Source: Candidatus Gastranaerophilaceae bacterium
GTDB lineage: Bacteria; Cyanobacteriota; Vampirovibrionia; Gastranaerophilales; Gastranaerophilaceae
Length of the DNA stretch: 64,000 nucleotides
Reading direction: 5' to 3'
NCBI GenBank assembly: GCA_045538535.1
Contig: JAZSRN010000053.1
Location: 15,315 to 79,314, forward strand
Part shown: one piece after another, positions 36,448 to 45,560 of the stretch
How the letters are laid out: each line of letters starts with the position of its first letter
How positions within the stretch are numbered: the first letter of the stretch is position 1
Translations under genes and position numbers: made by a program
The notes under the pieces: generated by a model
What the model saw: only the letters and a program-made list of their open reading frames with translations
What the model was told of the DNA's origin: nothing
The model's database searches: none

Positions 36448-36605
36448 GATAAGCTATTCCCCTTTTTCTCTAATTATAACATTTTACTTTAAAGGAAAAA
36501 AAAATTCCCACTATGCTAAATTTTGTAACAATTATATTTTATTTTCTAAAGTATAACGTTATTTATTCCGTAAATATTGGTATAGAGAAAATAAGGAGTA
36601 AAATT

Positions 36606-36773
36606 TTGCACGACGAAATTTTTAGAACAGCTTTATGTGAAGCGAAGTCAGAATCATATTCTGCATTAAAAAATGAAGTAATATCAATGGAAAAAGCCAT
36701 TGAAAGATTTTTGGCCAATGTATTTGAATGCGCAGGCAGCTTTACAGAACGAGATTTTCAATCTTCAAAATAA
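36606..36773 (+). CDS. Possible small protein (55 aa, TTG start)
   Basis: AAGGAG lies 7 nt upstream of the TTG at 36606. The longer 36513 start has no RBS. Confidence 0.35.
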   Translation: MHDEIFRTALCEAKSESYSALKNEVISMEKAIERFLANVFECAGSFTERDFQSSK

Positions 36774-36778
36774 AACAT

Positions 36779-37978
36779 TTAACCTTTGAGATTTAGTCCT
36801 AATCGATTTTTCAAGTCAGCCGCAACCGTACCGAACGATTGCTCTAAGGGTAAAGTGTCCCTACCGTTCTTAGCAAGTGTATCAATATGCTCTTTTGCTA
36901 TGCCCATAAATTCAACTTTATCTTTATCAGAATTTTTAAGTTGTTTAATTATGGCTTCGCCTTGTGCTTGTCTGTGTTTTTCAAGTTCGGATTTGCCAAC
37001 TATGGCTTTCATACCTTTTCCGGCAAAATGTCCAACAACCATACCGCAAGCCATACCGACCAAACCGCCGACAATAGCACCGACTGCGTTACCAATACCT
37101 GGAACAACTGTGCCAAGTAACGCACCGAGTTTAGCACCGGCAATACCTCCGACTTTTGCACCAGCCCAGAAACCAGCCGTTTCAGCTGCCACTACAGCCG
37201 TAGATTTCAATAACTGTTTATTACCTTTACTTGTTCCTAATGTTTTATATGTTTCTATAATTTCCGGAGCTTCACACGCAAGAGAAATACCGGCAAATAA
37301 GGCATTACCTTTTACCCCGCTCGCAATTTTACGGAATATCGGTGATTTAACCGCCCAACTTTTTGTTTTACCGCTCAAATACGTTACACCAGTATATTTT
37401 TTAGCACCCGCAATTATTTTACCGGTTGTTGTTGTCGGTTTTAAATTACCATTAATTTTTGCATTATGAACATTTAATTTTGCTTCTGCAACTTTTTGTT
37501 CAATTTCCGCCAAAGCCTTTGCTTGATCTACACCTTTTAAACCTTTAGCATTATTAACTGCGGTTCGTACATCATCAAAGTAAGCCATTTTGCGAGAATT
37601 TCTTATAAACTTTGCTCTTTCCGCAGCTGAAGCACCAGCAGAAAGCGGTTGAGGCATCGAATATTTTGCACCAAGACCATTTATTCTGTTCATTCTATCA
37701 AGATTCATGGCCGTTTGGAAAATATTATTGCCCTTCATCGATTGGTTAAGTGCATTTTGAGCCACACCATTAGCTTTCAGAGCTTGCCAAGCACTTTGAT
37801 AATTACCTCGATTTTGCCATAACCAAGTCCCTCCGTTCCAAGCTGCCGGTACTGCTGAAAACGCAGCCATAAAACCGAAACCGTCTAATGGCCCGATTTG
37901 TTTCATTGCTGAAACACCCGCAACTGAATATGAGAGTCTTGCCAACTCGTTATTTACCTTAACGAAATTGTAGTTCAT
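36779..37978 (-). CDS. Glycine-zipper membrane protein, unknown function (399 aa)
   Basis: aa 261-322 read AVVAAETAGFWAGAKVGGIAGAKLGALLGTVVPGIGNAVGAIVGGLVGMACGMVVGHFAGKG. No signal peptide. Confidence 0.6.
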   Translation of the reverse strand: MNYNFVKVNNELARLSYSVAGVSAMKQIGPLDGFGFMAAFSAVPAAWNGGTWLWQNRGNYQSAWQALKANGVAQNALNQSMKGNNIFQTAMNLDRMNRINGLGAKYSMPQPLSAGASAAERAKFIRNSRKMAYFDDVRTAVNNAKGLKGVDQAKALAEIEQKVAEAKLNVHNAKINGNLKPTTTTGKIIAGAKKYTGVTYLSGKTKSWAVKSPIFRKIASGVKGNALFAGISLACEAPEIIETYKTLGTSKGNKQLLKSTAVVAAETAGFWAGAKVGGIAGAKLGALLGTVVPGIGNAVGAIVGGLVGMACGMVVGHFAGKGMKAIVGKSELEKHRQAQGEAIIKQLKNSDKDKVEFMGIAKEHIDTLAKNGRDTLPLEQSFGTVAADLKNRLGLNLKG

Positions 37979-38007
37979 CTTTTTCCCTTAAATTTTAATT
38001 CCCCGTA

Positions 38008-38057
38008 GTTATATAAAGTTTTTTTGTTTAAAATAATTGCCTAATTATTAAGAAACA
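38008..38057 (-). promoter_or_regulatory. Conserved upstream box, copy 2 of 3
   Basis: Gene strand reads TTCTTAATAATTAGGCAATTATTTTAAAC..AAAAAACTTTATATA. It begins directly after the upstream gene's terminator. Confidence 0.5.
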
Positions 38058-38085
38058 TTAAAAGAGCAGAAAACATTTTCTGCTC
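38058..38085 (-). terminator. Rho-independent terminator of 38131-38976
   Basis: Minus strand reads GAGCAGAAAA-tg-TTTTCTGCTC followed by TTTT. Confidence 0.8.
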
Positions 38086-38130
38086 ATAAATAAGGGGTAT
38101 TGTTATATATATTAAGGGGAGGATAAATTA

Positions 38131-38976
38131 TTAACTCATATAATTTAATTTTTGTGGCTGATTCATCATATAATTCATACTTGAAGGATTCATCATATTA
38201 TAACCCATTGAATTCATACCAGTAGCATTCATCATAAAATCATCATTCATTGTGCCCATCGCAGACATCATATAAGCATTTTGCAATTGCTGAATTTGTT
38301 GAGGAGTCATAGTCGACACTTGCGAATTTGCACTATATGATCCAAATGCTGGTGCATTACTTGATTGAGATTGATTATACGCCATTTTTGCAGCTTCCTC
38401 AGCTTCCATTTTCTTTTCGGTATATGTTTTGCCGACAACTGCACTTGCTAACATTTCACCGGCAATCCATCCTAATAAACCACCTACAATAGGAATAGGA
38501 CAAATAGCTTGGCCTATAGCTGCACAAGCCGCTCCTGAAGCCAACCTTGCCGTTGCCTTACCGGTTTCTAAAAGACCAGAACCAATACCTTCTTCAGTAG
38601 TTGCTTTAAATATATTCGGAAGTTCAAATGCAATCATTAAAGCAGAACCGATAAGTGGTAAACGTTTAACTAGTTCATTTCCGGCACCTTTAAATGAACT
38701 CCAGAAACCCTTTCCGGCCTTCCAAGCATTTTTCATATCTTTTGGAAGCGACATTGCAGAATCTTTCATGCCTTTCCATACATTTGTACCTTTAGTGGCA
38801 TTTTCAGCAGCTTTAAAACCATCTTTAATTTGAGTTCCAAAGTTGGTAAATCTACTTTTTCCGGCAGCTTTGAATACAGAACCACTATTTTTTATAGATT
38901 GTTCAACAGCGGTTTGGTATTTTACATCAAATAGGAGTTTTCCAACATTACTCGCAATTCTACCTATAGAAACCAT
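38131..38976 (-). CDS. Glycine/small-residue zipper membrane protein with Met/Asn/Gln-rich C-terminal tail (281 aa)
   Basis: LASGAACAAIGQAICPIPIVGGLLGWIAGEMLASAVVG. The tail reads YMMSAMGTMNDDFMMNATGMNSMGYNMMNPSSMNYMMNQ. Confidence 0.6.
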   Translation of the reverse strand: MVSIGRIASNVGKLLFDVKYQTAVEQSIKNSGSVFKAAGKSRFTNFGTQIKDGFKAAENATKGTNVWKGMKDSAMSLPKDMKNAWKAGKGFWSSFKGAGNELVKRLPLIGSALMIAFELPNIFKATTEEGIGSGLLETGKATARLASGAACAAIGQAICPIPIVGGLLGWIAGEMLASAVVGKTYTEKKMEAEEAAKMAYNQSQSSNAPAFGSYSANSQVSTMTPQQIQQLQNAYMMSAMGTMNDDFMMNATGMNSMGYNMMNPSSMNYMMNQPQKLNYMS

Positions 38977-39001
38977 TTTCTACCTACCTTAAACTTTATA
39001 A

Positions 39002-39061
39002 CTAACCTTACCTATATAAAGTTTTTTAGAGTTAAAAAATTGCCTATAATATTAAGAAATG
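39002..39061 (-). promoter_or_regulatory. Conserved upstream box, copy 3 of 3
   Basis: Gene strand reads TTCTTAATATTATAGGCAATTTTTTAAC..AAAAAACTTTATATAGGTAAGGTTAG. Confidence 0.5.
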
Positions 39062-39114
39062 TTAACTTACTTAATCAACTTTACAGAAACAACCAAAAGT
39101 TGTATAATTAACCT

Positions 39115-39306
39115 ATGTATTGCCAAGATGGAAAAATCTATATTGAAACAACCGATTTGTGTATAACTTGTGACAATTACGCACGAGGTGTAGCATGTCC
39201 TTTACTCACAGCATTAGGTGAAGGAGCAGTTTTTATGGAAGATTGTTTAACGGTTGAAGATTGTGGGTTTTACAAAGAGTTTAAACGGAATTTACACATA
39301 GTTTAG
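39115..39306 (+). CDS. Possible small Cys-rich protein (63 aa)
   Basis: ORF only, with no clear RBS. Lies 11 nt upstream of the dehydrogenase gene. Confidence 0.3.
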   Translation: MYCQDGKIYIETTDLCITCDNYARGVACPLLTALGEGAVFMEDCLTVEDCGFYKEFKRNLHIV

Positions 39307-39317
39307 AAGGAAAATAT

Positions 39318-40310
39318 ATGCAAAAAATTACATTAATAAACGGTGATGGCATCGGCCCTGAAATAAGTGATGCCGTTGTAAAAATTATAGATGCAAGCGG
39401 ATTAAAAATAGATTGGGATATACAAAGTGCCGGCGCAGACGTAATAGAAACCGAAGGCACACCGCTTCCACAGAGAGTTTTAGACTCTATCAAAAGCAAC
39501 AAAATAGCTCTAAAAGCTCCTGTTACAACCCCTATCGGAAAAGGATTTCGTTCAGTTAATGTTCAATTACGCAAAGATTTGGATTTGTATGCAAATTTAA
39601 GACCTTGCAAAAACCTTCCAAACATAAAAACAAAATTCGACAATGTAAATATTGTTGTTGTTCGAGAAAACACCGAGGATTTGTATGCCGGTATAGAACG
39701 CCAAGTTGATGAAGATACAGCTGAAAGCATAAAAATCATAACTCGTAAAGCTTCCGAACGTATAAGTCGCTTTGCATTTGATTATGCGGTAAAAAACGAA
39801 AGGAAAGAAGTTTGTGTTGTAACAAAAGCAAACATAATGAAATTATCCGACGGATTATTTTTAGAATGTTTTAGGCAAGTAGCAGAAGATTATCCTCAGA
39901 TTTCAGCAAAAGAAATTTTGGTCGACAATCTGTGCATGCAACTGGTTCAAAATCCGACAAAATTTGACGTTTTGGTATTGCCAAACCTTTATGGCGATAT
40001 TGTATCAGACCTATGCGCCGGATTAATCGGAGGATTAGGAGTCGCACAAGGCGCTAACATTGGTGAAGATTATGCCGTATTTGAACCGGTACATGGTTCT
40101 GCACCGGATATTCAAGGCCAAAATATAGCCAATCCAACCGCATTATTATTATCTGCAATTGAAATGTTACGCTACATAGGACAAAACACATACGCTGACA
40201 GAATTGAACGAGCATTATTTATGACTCTTAAGGCTGGAATTTGTACTCCGGACTTAGGAGGAGTAGCTACAACCACTCAATTTAGAGAGGCAATTATTCG
40301 CGCCTTATAA
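39318..40310 (+). CDS. Isocitrate/isopropylmalate dehydrogenase family, most like NAD-dependent isocitrate dehydrogenase
   Basis: LINGDGIGPEI, RSVNVQLRKDLDLYANLRP, VVRENTEDLYAG and NLYGDIVSDL motifs in 330 aa. Confidence 0.8.
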   Translation: MQKITLINGDGIGPEISDAVVKIIDASGLKIDWDIQSAGADVIETEGTPLPQRVLDSIKSNKIALKAPVTTPIGKGFRSVNVQLRKDLDLYANLRPCKNLPNIKTKFDNVNIVVVRENTEDLYAGIERQVDEDTAESIKIITRKASERISRFAFDYAVKNERKEVCVVTKANIMKLSDGLFLECFRQVAEDYPQISAKEILVDNLCMQLVQNPTKFDVLVLPNLYGDIVSDLCAGLIGGLGVAQGANIGEDYAVFEPVHGSAPDIQGQNIANPTALLLSAIEMLRYIGQNTYADRIERALFMTLKAGICTPDLGGVATTTQFREAIIRAL

Positions 40311-40324
40311 CAAAAAACATTTAA

Positions 40325-41284
40325 TTATTCATATAAAAAACACTTAACACTGTGCGAGTCCGAAAAACTTGTTTCCACCGGACAATTGGATTTGCAAACA
40401 TCCATACAATATTTACACCTTGTATGGAATTTACATCCACTCGGCAAATTCGTTGGTGAAGGGATATCACCTTTTAAAAGCTCTTCTCTATTTTGCAAAT
40501 TATCAAATTTTGGGATAGCACTTAATAAAGCTTTTGTATAAGGATGTTTTGGATTATTAAAAATTTCTTCAGTTAATCCGACTTCAATAATTTCGCCAAG
40601 GTACATTATTGCTACCCTATCCGCAAGATATTCAATAACGCTCATATCATGAGTAATAAGCAAAAACGTCAAATTATAAGACTCTTTCAATTCTTTTAAA
40701 AGATTAATTATCTGCGCTTGAATACTGACATCCAAGGCACTTACAGGCTCATCTGCAAGAATAAACTTTGGAGACAAAACAAGTGCTCTTGCTATAGCAA
40801 TACGCTGTCTTTGACCTCCCGAAAACTCATGCGGATAAAGTTCTAAACAATTTTCATCCAAACCAGCTTGTTTTAATTTATCTCTAACAATATCATCCAT
40901 TTCTTCTTTTGCATATTTACAATTAATTTCAAGCGGCTCTCGCAAAATTTCGCCTATTTTCATCTTTGGATTTAAACTGGAATAAGGATTTTGAAAAATC
41001 ATTTGAGCTTTTTGGCGAAACTCTTTGTGCTGGACTTTTGTTTGACACCCCAAATCAATACCATCAAACACTATAGAACCTGATTTTGCCTCTTTAAGTT
41101 TGAGAATTGCTTTTGCCAAAGTTGATTTACCACAACCGGATTCGCCTGCCAACGCTAAAATTTCGCCTTCTTTAATATTTATAGAAACATCATTTACTGC
41201 TTTTACTATCTCGGTTTTTGATAATAAACCTTTTCGAGTTTCATATTCAACATTTAAATCTTTTATCTCAATTAAATTGGCCAT
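40325..41284 (-). CDS. ABC transporter ATP-binding protein, oligopeptide/dipeptide (OppF/DppF) type
   Basis: Walker A GESGCGKST, signature FSGGQRQRIAIARAL, Walker B ILADEP, and a C-terminal Cys-rich oligopeptide-type extension. Confidence 0.85.
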   Translation of the reverse strand: MANLIEIKDLNVEYETRKGLLSKTEIVKAVNDVSINIKEGEILALAGESGCGKSTLAKAILKLKEAKSGSIVFDGIDLGCQTKVQHKEFRQKAQMIFQNPYSSLNPKMKIGEILREPLEINCKYAKEEMDDIVRDKLKQAGLDENCLELYPHEFSGGQRQRIAIARALVLSPKFILADEPVSALDVSIQAQIINLLKELKESYNLTFLLITHDMSVIEYLADRVAIMYLGEIIEVGLTEEIFNNPKHPYTKALLSAIPKFDNLQNREELLKGDIPSPTNLPSGCKFHTRCKYCMDVCKSNCPVETSFSDSHSVKCFLYE

Positions 41285-41440
41285 ATCAGTAGTTTAATAA
41301 GAAAAACTTTTAAAATCAATTATTCAAATGGATATAAATATTTCATCTTCAATCATAGTTGTTTGCCATTCTAACAAAATCATGATAATATAATACTAAT
41401 ATAAAGATTTCGAGCATAATGATATTAGGAAGAGAGTCAG

Positions 41441-42526
41441 ATGGATTTCAAACAAAGTATTTTTATTCAAATACTCAAACAAATAAACTTCCATATTAAA
41501 TACATTATAAATAGTACTAAACGGATTGATTTTATAGAAAAACAAATTGTTGCAAATTCAAGCTATTGGGACGATTTATGGTACATTAAGACCTATAACC
41601 ACAATTTTACTCGCAAAGAAGCTTTGAATTATTGGTATAAAAAAGGCTGGTTAAAAGGTGAAAATCCTTCAAAATATATTAACACAAAATACTGCTTACA
41701 TCGGTGTAATGGCCAAAACCCAATATTAGCTTATTTAAACAAAGACTTAGTATTTTTCCCTGATAATAAAAATAATTATAAAGATAAATCGGATGCAACC
41801 AAAATCACTGAATACCTCGAATATAAACAAACCCGAAAGGCTAAATCCGTTATCTACACAAGCATAACAAACGATTATGACGACATAAGAGAAATTGAAA
41901 CACACAAATATATCGACAAAGATTGGGATTATGTATGTTTTTCTGATAATGAAGATTTAATCAAACAAGGACAAGTTGGAATTTGGGAAATCAAACCATT
42001 ACAATTTTGTGAAAAAGATAGTATTCGAAATCAGCGTTGGCACAAAATGTTTGCACATATATTATTCCCGGAATACGAAGAAAGTATTTATATTGATGGG
42101 AATATAAATATTCTAAGCCCATATTTATTTGACCTAGTTAAAAATACCGAAAAAATATTTCTCCAACCAAAACATTTTAAGAATTTATGTATTTATGGTG
42201 AATATAAAGATGTTCTATCTAAACGCCTTGATAAAAGAGAACTAATTAAAAAAGAACGAGATTTTATTAAGAACGAAGGAATGCCTCGTAATTATGGCTT
42301 TGGAGAAAACAATATTTTATACAGAAAACACCACCATCAACAAATAAAAAATATTATGAACGATTGGTGGAACATGCTATCTGACTACGCAAAACGTGAT
42401 CAATTGTCACTTGCATATTTACTATGGAAGAACAACATAAAACTTGAAGAACACACTTTTGAAAATGCAAGATTTCAAACCGATAATTTCTATATTTTCG
42501 GGCACAAGAAAGGTTGGCCAAAATGA
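41441..42526 (+). CDS. DUF616-like putative glycosyltransferase
   Basis: The VIYTSITNDYDDI...WHKM...RDQLSLAYLLW pattern resembles DUF616. Polysaccharide-cluster context. Confidence 0.5.
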   Translation: MDFKQSIFIQILKQINFHIKYIINSTKRIDFIEKQIVANSSYWDDLWYIKTYNHNFTRKEALNYWYKKGWLKGENPSKYINTKYCLHRCNGQNPILAYLNKDLVFFPDNKNNYKDKSDATKITEYLEYKQTRKAKSVIYTSITNDYDDIREIETHKYIDKDWDYVCFSDNEDLIKQGQVGIWEIKPLQFCEKDSIRNQRWHKMFAHILFPEYEESIYIDGNINILSPYLFDLVKNTEKIFLQPKHFKNLCIYGEYKDVLSKRLDKRELIKKERDFIKNEGMPRNYGFGENNILYRKHHHQQIKNIMNDWWNMLSDYAKRDQLSLAYLLWKNNIKLEEHTFENARFQTDNFYIFGHKKGWPK

Positions 42527-43470
42527 ATATACTAATTACCGGAGGCGCAGGATTTATAGGTTCAACACTTGCAGATAGGCTACTTAAAGAAAACAATAAC
42601 GTAATAGTTATTGATAATTTTAATGACTATTATGACATTTCACTAAAAGAACAAAACGTCAAAAACAATATTAATAATCCTAATTACAAATTATACAGAG
42701 GAGATATTTGCAACTCCGAACTTTTACAAGAAATTTTTTCCAAAAACGATATTGATACAGTTATACACACAGCAGCTAGAGCCGGAGTTCGTAAATCAAT
42801 AGAAGAACCTCTCGAATATATTCACTCTAATATTCAAGGAACGGTTAACATCCTTGAACAAATGAGGCAACACCACGTCAATAAAATAATATTTGCATCA
42901 TCATCTTCTGTTTATGGAAACTGCAATGCTGAAAGGTTTTCAGAAGATTTAAAAACTTCCGAACCTATTTCGCCATACGCCGCAACAAAACTGGCTTGTG
43001 AGCAATTTTTATATACATATTCAAAACTTTACAACATACAAGCTATTTGTCTGCGCCTATTTACAGTCTATGGCCCTAGACAAAGACCGGATTTAGCAAT
43101 TCGAAAATTCATAGAACTTATAGAACAAGATAAGCCTATACCGGTTTATGGAGATGGAACAACAATTAGAGACTATACGTATATCGATGATATTATCGAA
43201 GGTTTTTGTGCAGCAATCGAATATAACAAAACTCAATACGAAATCATAAACCTAGGAGGCGGCAATCCTATAACATTAAACAACCTGATTGAAACAATAG
43301 AAGGCTTAATGGATAAAAAAGCTAAAATCCAAAATTCATCCAGACAAGCCGGAGATGTCGACAAAACAATAAGCGATATAACAAAAGCAAGAAATCTATT
43401 GAATTACGAACCAAAAATTTCACTTAAAAATGGAATTAAAAATTTTATCGACTGGAAAAACTCACATTAA
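42514..43470 (+). CDS. NAD-dependent nucleotide-sugar epimerase/dehydratase
   Basis: Rossmann TGGAGFIGS and catalytic YAATKLACE (YxxxK). Confidence 0.85.
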   Translation: MAKMNILITGGAGFIGSTLADRLLKENNNVIVIDNFNDYYDISLKEQNVKNNINNPNYKLYRGDICNSELLQEIFSKNDIDTVIHTAARAGVRKSIEEPLEYIHSNIQGTVNILEQMRQHHVNKIIFASSSSVYGNCNAERFSEDLKTSEPISPYAATKLACEQFLYTYSKLYNIQAICLRLFTVYGPRQRPDLAIRKFIELIEQDKPIPVYGDGTTIRDYTYIDDIIEGFCAAIEYNKTQYEIINLGGGNPITLNNLIETIEGLMDKKAKIQNSSRQAGDVDKTISDITKARNLLNYEPKISLKNGIKNFIDWKNSH

Positions 43471-43491
43471 TATATATTCATAAGGATAAAT

Positions 43492-44499
43492 ATGGAAAAA
43501 CGAATTATACCTATAGCAATAATTACGGATAATAAATTAGCTTTTTCGGTTGCAACATTGATTGTTAATTTATTAGAAACTAAAAACGACAACACTTTTT
43601 ATGATTTAAATATTGTTGTGACAACCAATTTTGAATCCGACAACATAGACAAAATTCAAAATCTTGAACAACAGTATAAAAACCATTGTTCAATAAATTT
43701 TGTAAAAATGGATGAACGTTTTAAAGAAGCTAAAAACGGCACCGGATACATTTCAAACGCATGTGCTTTTAAAATGTGTTTTGGAGAACTATTCCCGCAA
43801 TATTCAAAAATATTATATTTAGATACTGATATTATAGTATTTGAAGATTTGAGTGAATTATACAATAATGAACTAGATGACAATTATATTGGCGGAGTTT
43901 TCTCGTTAGGCCACTATTTAAAACGAAGAGAATTAATTCAAGAACTTGCTATCCCGGATTTATCAAGTTACATAAATGCCGGCGTATTACTTCTCAATTT
44001 GGATAAAATCAGAGATGATAATATTGAAAGACAACTACAAGAACTTGTGGGAAGTTATAAAGATTCAGTAGACCAACATATTTTTAACAAAATTTGTTAC
44101 AACAAAATTAAACTTTTACACCCAAAATACAATATAACAAATACGAATATTGAATATTATAACAATGGTTCCGGAATAATCGCGTTTACAAACAAAGAAA
44201 TTCAAGAAGTAAGAAACAATCCCGTAATTTATCACTACACCGGAAAATACAAACCTTGGAATTCGTACAATTTGAGATATGCTTTGATATGGCTAAGATA
44301 CTACAAAAAAACAGCTTATAGTACATATCCACTGACCCTGTCGTTATTTATATCAGAGAAACACGCTAACAAAAAAATAAAAATGAAACTCTACAAAAAA
44401 TTTATTCATTACACGTACAGATTGCTTTATCTAATCACTAAATCTGACTTTATTAACGATAGAATAGAAAGACATCAACGCCGATACATAATAGACTAA
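43492..44499 (+). CDS. Glycosyltransferase family 8
   Basis: DxD in LYLDTDIIV and the HYTGKYKPW motif. Confidence 0.75.
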   Translation: MEKRIIPIAIITDNKLAFSVATLIVNLLETKNDNTFYDLNIVVTTNFESDNIDKIQNLEQQYKNHCSINFVKMDERFKEAKNGTGYISNACAFKMCFGELFPQYSKILYLDTDIIVFEDLSELYNNELDDNYIGGVFSLGHYLKRRELIQELAIPDLSSYINAGVLLLNLDKIRDDNIERQLQELVGSYKDSVDQHIFNKICYNKIKLLHPKYNITNTNIEYYNNGSGIIAFTNKEIQEVRNNPVIYHYTGKYKPWNSYNLRYALIWLRYYKKTAYSTYPLTLSLFISEKHANKKIKMKLYKKFIHYTYRLLYLITKSDFINDRIERHQRRYIID

Positions 44500-44507
44500 C
44501 AAATATT

Positions 44508-45113
44508 TTAAGAAGGATTGACTTCTCTTCTGCCTTCTAAAGCCTTTGTAATTGTTATCTCATCTGCATATTCCAAATCCCCACCAACCGGAAGTCCAAA
44601 AGCAATTCGAGAAACTTTTATTCCAAATGGCTTTATCAATTTGCTTAAATAAAGACTTGTAGCTTCACCCTCAACAGAAGGACTCAACGCCAAAATAACT
44701 TCATTAACCCTTTCATCCGTCAATCTATTCAATAGCTCTTTAACCCTAATGTCATCGACACCAATACCATCCATCGGCGATATAACACCTTGCAAAACAT
44801 GATAAAGACCTTTGTATTCATTAGTTTTTTCTATCGCAATTAAATCTTTAGTCTCCGCAACAACACAAATAAGGCTTTTATCTCTTGTTGTTGATGTACA
44901 AATTTCGCAAGGACTAGACGCAGATAAATTGAAGCAAACTTCACAAGTTCTTGTGTTTTCTTTTGCTTCAATCATACTCTGCGCAAACCTTTCAATCTCC
45001 TCCTTTGACATCCTTAACAGATAAAACGCCATTCGCTGAGCCGATTTTGGTCCAATAGAAGGAAATTTTTGAAAATGTTCAATTAAAGTTGCTATAGATT
45101 TTGGATAAATCAT
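44508..45113 (-). CDS. recR: Recombination protein RecR
   Basis: HhH FPSIGPKSAQRMAFYL, zinc finger CEVCFNLSASSPCEIC and a Toprim region. I prefer the ATG at 45113. Confidence 0.9.
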   Translation of the reverse strand: MIYPKSIATLIEHFQKFPSIGPKSAQRMAFYLLRMSKEEIERFAQSMIEAKENTRTCEVCFNLSASSPCEICTSTTRDKSLICVVAETKDLIAIEKTNEYKGLYHVLQGVISPMDGIGVDDIRVKELLNRLTDERVNEVILALSPSVEGEATSLYLSKLIKPFGIKVSRIAFGLPVGGDLEYADEITITKALEGRREVNPS

Positions 45114-45138
45114 GCCGGCACTCTTTAAAAACAATAAA

Positions 45139-45474
45139 TTATAAGTTCAAACCTGGAATATTTATACCACCAGTTACAGCTTTCATTTTTGTTTCCATTT
45201 CTTTTGTAGCTTTATCACTGGCTTGTTTTATAGCAGAAGAAATGATATCTTCAAGCATTTCAATAGACTCAGCATCAACTGCAGAAGGATTTTCCGGATT
45301 GATTGCTTCAGCGCTCAATTTGATAGCCTTAAATTTACCCTGACCGTCACAAGTAACTTTTACTGCACCACCAGCTGATTCACCAACAATTTCAGTTTCA
45401 GCTAGTTGTTTTTGAGTATCTTTCAATCTTGCTTGCAATGTTTGAGCTTGCTTCATCATCTGCATAATATTCAT
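45139..45474 (-). CDS. ybaB: YbaB/EbfC nucleoid-associated protein
   Basis: NIMQMMKQAQTLQ...GGAVKVT.DG pattern with the classic ybaB-recR pairing. Confidence 0.9.
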   Translation of the reverse strand: MNIMQMMKQAQTLQARLKDTQKQLAETEIVGESAGGAVKVTCDGQGKFKAIKLSAEAINPENPSAVDAESIEMLEDIISSAIKQASDKATKEMETKMKAVTGGINIPGLNL

Positions 45475-45560
45475 AGCTTATTCTCCTTAATTTATACACA
45501 TATCCATGCGAAAACACTTAACATTTCGCTTTTTTAACAATTTTATTATACAATAAAAAT

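Noticed and set aside
36786-37469. Long plus-strand ORFs (36786-37469, 36887-37120, 38429-38833) antisense to the glycine-zipper genes
   Set aside because: They mirror Gly/Ala-rich codons (GGN/GCN read in reverse give Pro/Ala/Thr-rich frames free of stops). They have no RBS, and the minus-strand genes have promoters, RBSs and terminators.
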